A DNA stretch of 64,000 bases from an uncultured Chlamydiae bacterium (GCA_963713105.1 CAVQKJ010000004.1:548035-612034); one strand, 5' to 3'; positions 28,972 to 39,159 are shown, numbered from the stretch's first letter. Made by a program: numbers and translations. The notes: generated from the letters alone by a model not told the origin.

Positions 28972-30747
28972 ATGTTTTACAAAAAATGGGCCTGCTCTTT
29001 TTTATGTCTCTTCGCCTCTTTACAAGCCTCGGATGTAGCGGATTACATTGTGATCGGGCTGGGCACTTCAGGCGCGGTACTGGCTAAGCAATTGACCGAT
29101 GACAACGTCACATCGGTAATCGCGCTTCATAATGGAAAGAATCTGCAAAACGATCCCGATATAAAATTTACAGAAAATGTATTGTTCACCGTTGCATCCA
29201 TTCTTCTCGATTCCCCATTCTATGAATCGGGGAGCACGACCAAACAGCCCTTTGCAAATAATCGAAAAATGCCTTGGGGGATCGCATTGCCGGAAGGCGG
29301 GGCCTCCTCCATCAATGCGGGCGCCTGGTGCTGGAATACACCGCAAGTGTCAGATCAATGGGAAGCTCTTGCAGGTCCCAATTGGTCTTCCGTTCGCATT
29401 GATGCCATTTACAAAAGTTTGGAGACCTATAACGGAGAGACCACGAATCCCCCTGCCAGAGGATCTTCGGGTCCTTTAAATGTGCGGCAAATTCCCCAGC
29501 CGGACGTGACTCCTCTGTCTAGGAAATTTGTCCAAGCGATCACTTCTGCGACAGGCTTCGCTCCCGTTCTCGATTACAACGATCCTCTGACTCCGATCGG
29601 ACCCTCCGATCTGGTGCAATATACGCAAACAGGCAATGACGGGAAAATCAGAGTCAGCAGCGCCACGGCGTTTTTAAATCCCAGCATCGTCAACTCAAGC
29701 GGGAAGGGTGTAAATGGGCGCAAATTGAATATTAAGTTCAATACTATGGCCATGAGGACGATTTGGAAGGGAAATAAAGCGGTCGGCGTCGAATATTGGG
29801 ACAACGGAAAAATCAAAAAAGCGTATGCGAATAAAGGGGTCATTGTTTGCGGAGGCTTAAGGAGCAGCGTCTTTCTGATGCAATCCGGAGTGGGACCCAA
29901 AAGCCAATTGGAATCATTGGGAATCCCTGTAATATTCGACAATCCGAATGTAGGTCAAGGGTTGACCGACCAGCCCCATGTGATCATCGGATTTCTTACC
30001 AACCCAGACGATACGCCTGACGCGGCCGCATGCGGAGGAGGGTCGTTCCCCAATGGCATCTCCGTCAGTGGAAGCAATGCATCCCTGCCTATAACCATCC
30101 CAGACCTCTCCGATCCTAGTGTAAAAAATCAGTTTCTGAACGCCATTTTCTGCAATGGATATGGATTTCCATCCAATAGTCCCTTCGCGCAAATCTCCTG
30201 GCTGCCTGACCCAACTGGGGATCAGTCGGTTCGACAAGTGAGGATTTCCACGATCAGTCCCTTCCCGGGATTTGCCGTTTGCATTGTCGACCTGGATCAA
30301 TCGCAAAGCAGAGGAAGCGTCAGCATCAATAGCATAAATCCTTTCGATCCCCCCATCATCAATCCAGGCGAGTTGAATAATTCGATGGATTTATCATTAT
30401 ATGTACTTGCCTTCCAAATCTATGTAAAAAATATCGCAGATGCCCTGGAATCGATCGATCCGAAATACAAGCTGATCTTTCCTGATCCCGCTATATTGAC
30501 CGGAGAGGATTCTGAACTGATTGCTTTTATCCAAGATCAAGTGGGCCCGAACCAACACTGGCAAAGCCACTGCCGCATGGCGCCGCTCGATCAAGGTGGG
30601 GTGGTGGATGGAAATGGCCGCGTCTACGGCGTTCAAAACCTCATCGTGGCGGATAACTCCATCAATCCCGTGGGCACCGATGGCAGCCCTATGGCGTCAG
30701 GCTATATGGTCGCTGCGAATATTGCACAAATATTACTCCAACAATAA
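28972..30747 (+). CDS. GMC (glucose-methanol-choline) family FAD oxidoreductase, secreted
   Basis: Signal peptide. DYIVIGLGTSGAVLA (FAD GxGxxG). C-terminal NGRVYGVQNLIVADNSINPVGTDGSPMASGYMVAANIA is the GMC C-terminal signature. Confidence 0.8.
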   Translation: MFYKKWACSFLCLFASLQASDVADYIVIGLGTSGAVLAKQLTDDNVTSVIALHNGKNLQNDPDIKFTENVLFTVASILLDSPFYESGSTTKQPFANNRKMPWGIALPEGGASSINAGAWCWNTPQVSDQWEALAGPNWSSVRIDAIYKSLETYNGETTNPPARGSSGPLNVRQIPQPDVTPLSRKFVQAITSATGFAPVLDYNDPLTPIGPSDLVQYTQTGNDGKIRVSSATAFLNPSIVNSSGKGVNGRKLNIKFNTMAMRTIWKGNKAVGVEYWDNGKIKKAYANKGVIVCGGLRSSVFLMQSGVGPKSQLESLGIPVIFDNPNVGQGLTDQPHVIIGFLTNPDDTPDAAACGGGSFPNGISVSGSNASLPITIPDLSDPSVKNQFLNAIFCNGYGFPSNSPFAQISWLPDPTGDQSVRQVRISTISPFPGFAVCIVDLDQSQSRGSVSINSINPFDPPIINPGELNNSMDLSLYVLAFQIYVKNIADALESIDPKYKLIFPDPAILTGEDSELIAFIQDQVGPNQHWQSHCRMAPLDQGGVVDGNGRVYGVQNLIVADNSINPVGTDGSPMASGYMVAANIAQILLQQ

Positions 30748-30757
30748 AAGGGTCGTC

Positions 30758-31522
30758 ATGAGATGGTTTTTGTTTCCTTTATTAATTGCTGCCAGCCTCT
30801 ATGCTGAAACTGAAGTGGCGCTCAAACCTTATCCGGCTCGAAAAAAAAGCGCTCGCTGTCAAACTCCCAGCCCAAACCCTTGTCCAGAATCATGTCCAGA
30901 GCCTTGTCCCGCTCCCTGTCCAGAACTATGTCCAGAACCCTGTCAAGCCCCCTGTCCAAAACCTTGTTTCAACCCTTGCATTGACAATGGATATTTATAT
31001 TTGGAAGCGTTTGGCGGCGCCAACTTTCTTTCCAACTTCACGCAAGATGGAGTTACGACCGCATTTGAAACTGGCTATGCGTTCTCAGGATCTTTAGGCT
31101 GCAGCTATTATTATGGATTTCGCTTAGAGGCTGAATTCGCCTACAGAAGAAATACCATAGATACCATTGAATTTTTCGGCAGGGCCTTTTCCATACCTGG
31201 ACATTATCAATGCACCTCCTGGATGGGGAATCTTTTATGGGAGCTGCCTTTAGACAGATGGCTGTGCCGGCGCATCAGCCTCAAGCCCATCATTGGCGGC
31301 GGCCTTGGGTACGACGATCAGCATATTCATGGAGATCTCGGCATACTCACTTATACGGTCGTTGAAAAAGGGTTTGCTTGGCAGGTGATGGCAGGTCTAG
31401 TCTACCGCGCTCTGAATTGCGTCGATATTTCTGTAGACTACAAGTGCCACGAGGGAAGAATGGACAGCCTGTTTAACCATTCAATAGGCCTTGCCCTGAA
31501 TTATCACTTCTATTCTTGGTAA
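30758..31522 (+). CDS. small outer-membrane beta-barrel protein with N-terminal CPxCP Cys/Pro repeat
   Basis: ATG 30758 (MRWFLFPLLIAASLYA signal peptide). CPESCPEPCPAPCPELCPEPCQAPCPKPCFNPC repeat followed by ~200-aa beta-strand-pattern domain ending ...YHFYSW. The ORF-track start 30521 is inside the GMC gene. Confidence 0.55.
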   Translation: MRWFLFPLLIAASLYAETEVALKPYPARKKSARCQTPSPNPCPESCPEPCPAPCPELCPEPCQAPCPKPCFNPCIDNGYLYLEAFGGANFLSNFTQDGVTTAFETGYAFSGSLGCSYYYGFRLEAEFAYRRNTIDTIEFFGRAFSIPGHYQCTSWMGNLLWELPLDRWLCRRISLKPIIGGGLGYDDQHIHGDLGILTYTVVEKGFAWQVMAGLVYRALNCVDISVDYKCHEGRMDSLFNHSIGLALNYHFYSW

Positions 31523-31534
31523 AAGCTCATTATG

Positions 31535-32467
31535 TCACCCTTTATCAGCATCAGAGCCTTCTTTAATTCCCGGACCGGCTTCTCTTGCATTTTTCTGCTG
31601 CAAACCAAGCGTCATCGCTGTCATTCCGGTTAGACCTCCGAGCTGCATGGATTCAATCGCGGTGCTCGGAACAAGGACGATCGTAGAGTTTTTCTTCAGA
31701 CCCTCGTAAAGCATATTCATGGCCCTTAAATGCAATGCGGTAGGATTATTGATGTAGGTTAGGGATGCTTGACCGAATTTTTCGGCAATCTGTCTTTCAG
31801 AATCCCCTAGAATCACCCGAGCCTGCCGCTCCCTTTCCGCTTGTGCTTGCATGGACATCGCATTTTCTAAATCCTGTGGAATTTTGACATCTTTGATTTC
31901 CACCGAAATCACATTGACGCCCCAAGGCTCGGTCCGGTCATCGATGATCTTTTGCAATTCTTTGCTGATTTTGTTCCTCCCCTCGAGCATGTCAGAAAGC
32001 ATAGTGATGCCGATCACATCTCGCAGGGCTGTTTGAGAGGCCCAACCGATAGCGCTCCTGTAGTCCGCTATTTCAAGAGCCGCTTTTTTAGGGTCTACCA
32101 CCTTCCAGAAAAGGACCGCATCAACATCTACGGGCACAGTATCCTTGGTCAAGGTTTTTTCCGCCTTGAAGGCGGTGGTGATGACGCGGATATCGATCCA
32201 GTGGGAGATGCGATCGAAGATCGGGATAATGAAAAAAATTCCAGGACCTTTAAGGGCTCGGAAAGAACCGAGCCGCAAAATCACGGCTCTATCCCATTGG
32301 TCCGCAATCTTAATTGCGGATGAAACAAAGCTGGCGATAATCAGAGCGCCCGCGAGAATCCAAAGAGCGTTTGCTACATCCGTCTTGTAGATTGGAAAGC
32401 TTAGGGCCAGTCCAATACAAACAATGAATACAAATATTAAGGTCACGATAGAGCTGTTGCTTTTCAT
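31535..32467 (-). CDS. SPFH/band-7 (stomatin/prohibitin-like) family protein
   Basis: N-terminal TM, then band-7 core (...VDAVLFWKVVDPKKAALEI...) and an ERERQARV coiled-coil region. Confidence 0.8.
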   Translation of the reverse strand: MKSNSSIVTLIFVFIVCIGLALSFPIYKTDVANALWILAGALIIASFVSSAIKIADQWDRAVILRLGSFRALKGPGIFFIIPIFDRISHWIDIRVITTAFKAEKTLTKDTVPVDVDAVLFWKVVDPKKAALEIADYRSAIGWASQTALRDVIGITMLSDMLEGRNKISKELQKIIDDRTEPWGVNVISVEIKDVKIPQDLENAMSMQAQAERERQARVILGDSERQIAEKFGQASLTYINNPTALHLRAMNMLYEGLKKNSTIVLVPSTAIESMQLGGLTGMTAMTLGLQQKNAREAGPGIKEGSDADKG

Positions 32468-32538
32468 TTGTCTCTCTTTAATTCTTCTTTGCTTTTTGCC
32501 AGATGGCCTGATTCTTCCGTCAGACTCTCAAAAAATTA

Positions 32539-33462
32539 TTAAAAAGAATACAAGAATCGGCTTATAAAGTTGATTCCCTTAGGCCGATTCCTCACATCGG
32601 TTTCGAAATAAAGATAGCCAAACAGAAATAGATCCTTAGAAACAGAATAAAGGGCGCCAGGTCCGATGGCGAATACCCTTTCCAAACTTTTGGGCATTAT
32701 GGCGCCGTTCAATTGATCTAATTTAAGCTGCTGTAAGAAATAACCCACGACCGCAAGCCAAAACTTTTCCACGGCTTCATATTGCAGGGAATAGTTAAAA
32801 TGGATGGCATCTCCGGCTTGAATGTGGGTTTTGCTATTTTCGGCATTCCATAAATAGCGGAAACGCCAGGAAGCGGACCATTTGGGAGTAAAATACAAAG
32901 TAGCCGCCCAATAGGGATTGATAAAATAAATGCCATTTCCTGGATTGATGCTTTTTTTGGCCTCGAATTTGCCGCTTGGGAAAGAGGCGTCGAATGCAAT
33001 CCTATGGGTTAAAATGGGGCGCTCATCGATTTTGATCGTTTCCCATTGCAAAGTCAGGCCTAAAAATAAATCTCCGAATCCGGCTCCGCTATCGGTAATT
33101 CCCAAATGATTTTTCTCTATATGCGAGTAAAAAGTGACAGGAAGAGTGGCTGAAAATCCCCATTTGCCATTAAACAGCACCGTTTGATTCGATTGATAAA
33201 AAAGCTCCACGACCATGTCGGAGATGTTTAATATAGGAGATGGAATTCCGCCCAAATTCCCCCCTTCGGAATTCAAAAATTTGTCTGCGCGATAATACTG
33301 AGGGAATCCTTCTAAATACCATCCAGAGGCAATTCTCAGCGGCCCCCCATCTAGAATATTATGATATCCCAGATCGACCAGCGGCTGATGGTATGCGGCT
33401 CCCTTTTGCAGACAAAAAAAGAGCGCAAATATGAATGAAAAAAAACCTTTCCCAATGTACAT
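32539..33462 (-). CDS. outer-membrane beta-barrel protein (MetA-pathway/phenol-degradation-like transporter family suspected)
   Basis: ATG 33462 gives signal peptide MYIGKGFFSFIFALFFCL. Beta-strand pattern throughout; C-terminal ...RFLYSF. Confidence 0.45.
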   Translation of the reverse strand: MYIGKGFFSFIFALFFCLQKGAAYHQPLVDLGYHNILDGGPLRIASGWYLEGFPQYYRADKFLNSEGGNLGGIPSPILNISDMVVELFYQSNQTVLFNGKWGFSATLPVTFYSHIEKNHLGITDSGAGFGDLFLGLTLQWETIKIDERPILTHRIAFDASFPSGKFEAKKSINPGNGIYFINPYWAATLYFTPKWSASWRFRYLWNAENSKTHIQAGDAIHFNYSLQYEAVEKFWLAVVGYFLQQLKLDQLNGAIMPKSLERVFAIGPGALYSVSKDLFLFGYLYFETDVRNRPKGINFISRFLYSF

Positions 33463-33721
33463 CGCTAGCCTTGCATGAAATAATCGAGCATCTGAACCTA
33501 TCGCCAAAGATATTTAGCTTTGTACAAAAATCCAAAATCATCCCGAAGCGTCCAATTCTCCCCCACGAATGCTCAGTAAATATTAAAAAAAAGTCAAATT
33601 TTATCTGCTAATCATCGTTTTTACAATTCTGGATTTACCAATTTTTCAAGACATCTTCTCAGAAACTTGTGTTCAAAAAAAAGGACACGAAACAAAATGA
33701 AACAACCTATAAGCTCAGAGG

Positions 33722-34186
33722 GTGTCTAAAATGCAGAAATCTAAAAACTCCTTATTGGACAGCCTTCGCAGCTTACTCATGGGCAGAAAAGCGGACACGC
33801 AGGAATCTATTTGCGCAGCGCTTGAGAAGATGGGGTATGAAATCAATCAATCAAAAGTTTCCCGTCTGCTTCGCAAAGTGGGAGCGATCAAAGTGGTAAA
33901 TACAACTGGAGAAGCGGTCTATTCGCTGCCTAGAGAGCCGGCCCCCCCTTCCACTAAAACTTCCCTTGGGGACATGATTATCAATATCGTTTGCAATGAA
34001 ACGCTGGTGGTCATTTTTACAAGCCCAGGTTCCGCTTCCATGATTGCCCGAGTGCTGGATTACAACCAAATCAATACGGAAATCTTAGGAACCATTGCCG
34101 GCGACGACACGATCTTTGTCGCTCCAAAAACGATCAAAGACGTTCAGAAGCTGACCCAAGAAATCAAAAATCTATTGGGAAAATAG
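33722..34186 (+). CDS. argR: arginine repressor ArgR
   Basis: INQSKVSRLLRKVGAIKV (wHTH), VVIFTSPGSASMIARVLD, GTIAGDDTIFVAP. Essentially collinear with E. coli ArgR. Confidence 0.92.
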   Translation: MSKMQKSKNSLLDSLRSLLMGRKADTQESICAALEKMGYEINQSKVSRLLRKVGAIKVVNTTGEAVYSLPREPAPPSTKTSLGDMIINIVCNETLVVIFTSPGSASMIARVLDYNQINTEILGTIAGDDTIFVAPKTIKDVQKLTQEIKNLLGK

Positions 34187-35614
34187 AGATTTTTGCACGG
34201 CTGCAAGCAGGGTTTCCTTCTCAAGAACCCACCCAGCCGTTTTCTGGAACGCCAAGGTAGCTGCCGATACCTGATTCTCTACCTGTTTTGAAGAGGTCCC
34301 CCCGAAACTGTCTCTCGTATCGACAATCCTTTTCAGATCGAGAATCGCTTCCATGTCCTCGGAGAAAAGAGGAGAAAAGCAATGCCACTCATCCAAAGTG
34401 AGATCTTCAAGCCTCTGATGACGATCTAGGCAGTGCTTAACGATTTTTCCAACCGTCGCATGGGCTTCTCGAAATGGAATCCCTTTTTGAACGAGATAAT
34501 CGGCCAGTTCCGTCGCGTTCAAAAATCCTTGAGAGGCTGCATTCAGCATATCCGCTGAACGAACGCGGAGAGTTGCGATGAGTCCCTGATAGACGCATAG
34601 AGAAGATTCGACAGTTTTTATGGCGTCGAAAAGAGCCTCTTTATCTTCCTGCATGTCCTTGTTATAGGCGAGAGGAAGCCCTTTGAGCATCGTTAAAGTC
34701 CCGAGCAATGAGCCGTAAACTCTGCCCGTCTTTCCTCTCACAAGTTCTGGGACATCGGGATTTTTCTTTTGCGGCATGATGCTGCTGCCCGTGCAATAAG
34801 CATCGTCTAGTTCGATGAAAGCAAACTCTTGGCTGCACCATAAAACCAGCTCTTCGCTCAGTCGGGAAAGATGAGTCATGATCAGGGCTGCGTCGGCTAA
34901 AAATTCCACGCAGAAATCTCGATCGCTCACTGCATCGATGCTATTTACATAAAGGGAATCGAACTTCAGCAGATCTGCCACCTTGTGCCGATCGATCGGG
35001 TGCCCAGTGCCGGCTAAAGCGCACGCTCCAAGCGGAAGCTGATTGAGTCTAGGCCAAAATCCCTGAAGTCTCTCTACATCTCTCTGCAACATGGAAACAT
35101 AGGCCAGCAAATGGTGGGCGAATAAAATCGGCTGCGCCCTCTGTAAATGGGTATAACCGGGCATGATTACAGATATATGAGCGTTGGCTTTGTCTAAAAG
35201 AGATTCCTGGAGCTCTTTTAGCAACCCGACAATACTCACTGTTTTGCTTCTCAAATAGAGATGAAGGTCGAGGGCTACCTGATCATTTCGGCTTCTAGCA
35301 GTATGGAGTTTGCCCGCCAAGGGCCCGATTAAACGCTTCAGTTCGCTTTCCACTTTCATATGAATGTCCTCATCCGCAGGAGAAAAAGAAATTTCTCCTT
35401 CGGACAAACGGCTTGCAAGCGTTAAAAGGCCGTTTCGAATTTTCTGCATCTCATCGGCGTTGAGAATTCCAACATTTTCAAGCATTTCGACGTGCGCAAG
35501 GCTGCCCAAAATATCTTCTTTCGCCATCACGTGATCGAAAGCAATCGAGGCGGTGAATGCTTCGACCTGAGAATCGACCGCTTTCGTAAATCTGCCATCC
35601 CATAATTTATCCAT
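34172..35614 (-). CDS. argH: argininosuccinate lyase ArgH
   Basis: MDKLWDGRF... fumarate-lyase family with GSSIMPQKKNPD signature; 480 aa. Confidence 0.93.
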   Translation of the reverse strand: MDKLWDGRFTKAVDSQVEAFTASIAFDHVMAKEDILGSLAHVEMLENVGILNADEMQKIRNGLLTLASRLSEGEISFSPADEDIHMKVESELKRLIGPLAGKLHTARSRNDQVALDLHLYLRSKTVSIVGLLKELQESLLDKANAHISVIMPGYTHLQRAQPILFAHHLLAYVSMLQRDVERLQGFWPRLNQLPLGACALAGTGHPIDRHKVADLLKFDSLYVNSIDAVSDRDFCVEFLADAALIMTHLSRLSEELVLWCSQEFAFIELDDAYCTGSSIMPQKKNPDVPELVRGKTGRVYGSLLGTLTMLKGLPLAYNKDMQEDKEALFDAIKTVESSLCVYQGLIATLRVRSADMLNAASQGFLNATELADYLVQKGIPFREAHATVGKIVKHCLDRHQRLEDLTLDEWHCFSPLFSEDMEAILDLKRIVDTRDSFGGTSSKQVENQVSAATLAFQKTAGWVLEKETLLAAVQKSLFSQ

Positions 35615-36815
35615 GATGCCCCATCAATCTAAGTGCGTTGAGTTTTATGAACCCCTTTGCGTCGGTCTGGTCGTATCCGCCAATCGCATCCATGCTTGCG
35701 ACATGGGGCTGGTAAAGGGAATAGGGGGAGCTTCTTCCAGTGATCATCACATTGCCCTTATAGAGAGTAAGAAACACTTTACCCGTCACATTTTTTTGAC
35801 TTTGCTGAACGGCCGCCATGAGAAAATCCATCTCCGGACTGAACCAAAAGCCGTTGTAGATGATCTGGGCGATTTTGGGAGCCAGGCTCTCTTTGAGCAG
35901 AATCACTTCCCGATCCAGGGCGACTCCCTCTAAGTCCAGGTGGGCTTTTAGCAAGATCGTCCCCGCAGGCGTTTCATAAACCCCTCGCGATTTCATCCCG
36001 ACAAAGCGGCTTTCAACAAGGTCGGCCCTTCCAACGCCATGCTTTCCGCCCATCTCATTGAGGTATTTGAAAAGGTTTACGGAGCCCTCGATCTTTTTAC
36101 CGGAGTGCATTTCTTCAACTGAAACAGGAATGCCCGCTTTGAATTCAACCGAGAGGCGGATCTCTTCGTCAGGGGCTTTTTTAGGGGAGCATGTTTTAAT
36201 GAACATGTCCTCGGTCGGAGAACTCATCAAATTCTCTAACTTCCCCCCCTCGAAGCTCGTATGCATGAGATTTTCATCTATGCTATAGGGTTTTTCAAGC
36301 GTCGAAGTAACGGGAATCCCATGCTTATGCGCATAGTTTAATAGATCCGTCCTTCCTGAGAATTGCATTAAAAATTCGATCTCTTTCCAAGGGCTGATAA
36401 TTTCGGCATGCGGAATGTGCTTTAAGATTGCGAGCTCAAAGCGGACTTGGTCGTTCCCCTTCCCTGTAGCTCCATGAGCAAAACAGATGCTGTTTTCCGC
36501 CTTTGCGATTTCAACGAGTTTTTTCGCGATGAGAGGCCTTGCGAGCGATGTGCCCAGCAGGTATTTCCCCTCATATACGGCGTGAGCTTGCAAAGAGGGA
36601 AAAATAAATTGCTCGACGAACTCTTGCTGCACGTCGGCAATGTGAACTTTTGAAGCGCCGATGGAAATCGCCTTTTGCTTGGCCTCTTCGAAGTTTTCCT
36701 TTTGACCCACGTCTGCGATAAAGCAGACGACATCGTGCCCTTTATTGATCAGCCATTTGAGTATGACGGATGTATCAAGCCCTCCGCTATAGGCTAAAAT
36801 CACTTTTTTATTCAT
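35607..36815 (-). CDS. argG: argininosuccinate synthase ArgG
   Basis: KVILAYSGGLDTSV (PP-loop), 402 aa; 8-nt overlap with argH. Confidence 0.93.
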   Translation of the reverse strand: MNKKVILAYSGGLDTSVILKWLINKGHDVVCFIADVGQKENFEEAKQKAISIGASKVHIADVQQEFVEQFIFPSLQAHAVYEGKYLLGTSLARPLIAKKLVEIAKAENSICFAHGATGKGNDQVRFELAILKHIPHAEIISPWKEIEFLMQFSGRTDLLNYAHKHGIPVTSTLEKPYSIDENLMHTSFEGGKLENLMSSPTEDMFIKTCSPKKAPDEEIRLSVEFKAGIPVSVEEMHSGKKIEGSVNLFKYLNEMGGKHGVGRADLVESRFVGMKSRGVYETPAGTILLKAHLDLEGVALDREVILLKESLAPKIAQIIYNGFWFSPEMDFLMAAVQQSQKNVTGKVFLTLYKGNVMITGRSSPYSLYQPHVASMDAIGGYDQTDAKGFIKLNALRLMGHHG

Positions 36816-36855
36816 ATCCCCTCAGAGTTTCCTAATAAATTCACGATACCAAAAA

Positions 36856-36873
36856 AGTGAATATTTATTCAAC
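36856..36873. promoter_or_regulatory. ARG box (ArgR operator) AGTGAATATTTATTCAAC
   Basis: Core TGAAT-ATTT-ATTCA is a perfect match to the TNTGAATWWWWATTCANW consensus. It lies 41-58 nt upstream of the argG start and ~145 nt upstream of the divergent ABC-transporter operon. Extra ATTCA/TGAAT half-sites are at 36836-36841 and 36978-36986. Confidence 0.6.
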
Positions 36874-37016
36874 TTTTATGGTAATAGATCATATCTGGAA
36901 CACAGCAAATATCTAAACATAAGCATATTACCTATAAAAACAAGAGGGGGCCGCTCAGATATATTTGACTATTTATTCATTTTGATGGTACTCTCATAAT
37001 TAAAAAAGGAGAGTGT

Positions 37017-37781
37017 ATGTTTAAAAAAATCTGCCAAGTTCTAATAGGGGTTGTCATTGTTTTGGGGTTGGGGCTAACCCTTTTTGGATGCAGCTCTTCC
37101 CAGGAGAACAATTCGTTAACTGTTGGATTGCAATCGGGCTACCCTCCTTACGAATACGTCGACGAACACGGGGCCGTTGTCGGATTTGACGTCGATATCG
37201 CTCAAAAAATCGCAGATTCGATGAACAAAAAGCTCGTGATCAAGGAAATGGGTTTCGATTCGCTAATTCTGGGCTTAAAAAATCACAAGATCGATCTCAT
37301 ACTCAGCGGAATGTCGATCACTCCGGAGCGCCTCAAAACCATCGATATGGTTCCCTATCACGGAGACAAAGTAACTGATCTGCAACTCCTATTTTGGAAA
37401 AAACCGGGAAGTCCTATCGAATCCCTCAATGGACAGACAGTCGTAGTGCAAACCGGCACTTTTCAAGAAAACATCCTTCGCCGCTATTCCCAAATAGAGC
37501 CCAAACTTTTAGAGAACACTCTAGAGCTAGTCATGGACATCAAATATGGGAAATCCATCGCCGCCCTCGTCGAACCGGCCGTTGGAAACGAGCTCAAACA
37601 CAAATACCCCCAAATCCACTCTGTCAACCTCTTCCTGCCGCCAGCAGATCAGGTCATGGGCAATGGCATTGGCGTCGCTAAAGACAACCCAGACCTCAAA
37701 GCGGCTGTTGAAAAAGAAGTACAGAGACTGAAGGAAAACGGCCAAATGAGCGAACTTGTACAAAAGTGGTTCCATGATTGA
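37017..37781 (+). CDS. amino-acid ABC transporter substrate-binding lipoprotein (polar amino acid / arginine type)
   Basis: Lipobox LFGCSS. SBP_bac_3-like sequence (GYPPYEY...GFDVDIA). AGGAG SD upstream. Confidence 0.8.
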   Translation: MFKKICQVLIGVVIVLGLGLTLFGCSSSQENNSLTVGLQSGYPPYEYVDEHGAVVGFDVDIAQKIADSMNKKLVIKEMGFDSLILGLKNHKIDLILSGMSITPERLKTIDMVPYHGDKVTDLQLLFWKKPGSPIESLNGQTVVVQTGTFQENILRRYSQIEPKLLENTLELVMDIKYGKSIAALVEPAVGNELKHKYPQIHSVNLFLPPADQVMGNGIGVAKDNPDLKAAVEKEVQRLKENGQMSELVQKWFHD

Positions 37782-38403
37782 CCTATTGATCCAAGGAGCC
37801 CTCACAACGCTCAAAATCACTCTTGCTTCCATCGGAATCGGAACTGTAATTGGCACGTGTCTAGGCATGCTCAACTGCCAAAAACTCCAGATCCCCTTTT
37901 TGAGCCAAGCGATCCACGGTTTTGTTTCAGTGGTTCGTGGAACCCCTCTTTTTGTGCAGGTACTGATTTTTTACTTCGGCCTCCCGCAAGCTTTAGGGAT
38001 TAATCTCTCCCCTTTTGCTGCCGGAGTGATCGCTCTCGGTTGCAATTCTTCCGCCTATATATCGGAAATCGTCCGCTGCGGAATCGATTCGATTCCGCTA
38101 GGCCAATGGGAAGCTTCTTTTGTCCTGGGATATACCCGCACGCAAACCCTCAGGTATGTGATCACCCCGCAGATGCTTCGCAACGTGCTGCCCGCCATCA
38201 CGAATGAACTTACCGCGCTCATCAAGGAAACCAGCATCCTCATGGTGATTGGCGTCTCCGAACTGACGAAAGTAGGCAGAGACATTGTCGCGCGCGAGCT
38301 GGATCCTATGTCCATCTATCTTCTCGTGGCAGCGATTTATTTCTTCATGACGACCAGCGTTTCTTTAACCACCCGCTATTTTGAAAAAAGGTGGAAGAGA
38401 TGA
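37756..38403 (+). CDS. amino-acid ABC transporter permease (His/Gln/Arg family)
   Basis: 5 TM. EAA-like loop region (...ETSILMVIGVSELTKVGRDI...). Confidence 0.8.
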   Translation: MYKSGSMIDLLIQGALTTLKITLASIGIGTVIGTCLGMLNCQKLQIPFLSQAIHGFVSVVRGTPLFVQVLIFYFGLPQALGINLSPFAAGVIALGCNSSAYISEIVRCGIDSIPLGQWEASFVLGYTRTQTLRYVITPQMLRNVLPAITNELTALIKETSILMVIGVSELTKVGRDIVARELDPMSIYLLVAAIYFFMTTSVSLTTRYFEKRWKR

Positions 38404-39068
38404 TCCATGCAAAAAACATTTCCCTAACGGTCAAAGGAAAAAAAATCCTGCATGACATTTCTTTTGAGGTCCCGAAAGGCCGTCTGGTTTGTTTCATCGG
38501 CAAAAGCGGTGCTGGAAAGACCTCTCTATTAAAATGTTTAGGCGGTTTGCATTCTTTTGAGGGAGAACTCTCCTGTCATGGGAAAATAGGCTTCGTTTTT
38601 CAACAATTCTATCTTTTCCCTCACATGACCGTGCGCGAAAATTGCATGCATCCGCTTCAGAAAGTTTTAAAGCGCCCCTTGTCCGACGCGGAAGCAAAGA
38701 CAACAGCCCTCCTTGAACGATTCGGTATTGCGAATCTGGAAAAAGCTTATCCTTCAGAGCTTTCTGGAGGCCAGCAACAACGCCTTGCGCTAGCTCGTGC
38801 GATGTGTATGGAACCTCAAGTGCTTATTTTCGACGAGCCGACTGCATCCCTTGACCCAGAAAATACGAATATCTTCTTGGGAATCCTCAAACATTTACAA
38901 AGCCAAGGAGTCACCATCGTTATTTCTACTCATGACTTAGGGCTGCTGAATCAGGTCTTGGACAAAGTCTATTTTGTCGAAAATGGAGAAATTGCAGAAT
39001 CTTTTGACGCTCTATCGGATGCCCTTCAAACTAAACCAAAGATTAGCAGTTTCATTGGGAAGGACTAA
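38391..39068 (+). CDS. amino-acid ABC transporter ATP-binding protein
   Basis: Walker A GKSGAGKTS, signature LSGGQQQRLALARA, Walker B LIFDEPT. Confidence 0.88.
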   Translation: MEEMIHAKNISLTVKGKKILHDISFEVPKGRLVCFIGKSGAGKTSLLKCLGGLHSFEGELSCHGKIGFVFQQFYLFPHMTVRENCMHPLQKVLKRPLSDAEAKTTALLERFGIANLEKAYPSELSGGQQQRLALARAMCMEPQVLIFDEPTASLDPENTNIFLGILKHLQSQGVTIVISTHDLGLLNQVLDKVYFVENGEIAESFDALSDALQTKPKISSFIGKD

Positions 39069-39159
39069 ACTTTTCCTTTTAAGAAGATGAAATCCAAAAA
39101 AGTTTATTATTGTTATTATAATAAAACTAAAATAAAATGGAATAAAACGAGGTAAAATA

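Noticed and set aside
30521-30757. N-terminal 79 aa of ORF 30521..31522
   Set aside because: They overlap the 3' end of the GMC oxidoreductase gene in another frame. ATG 30758 gives a proper signal peptide.
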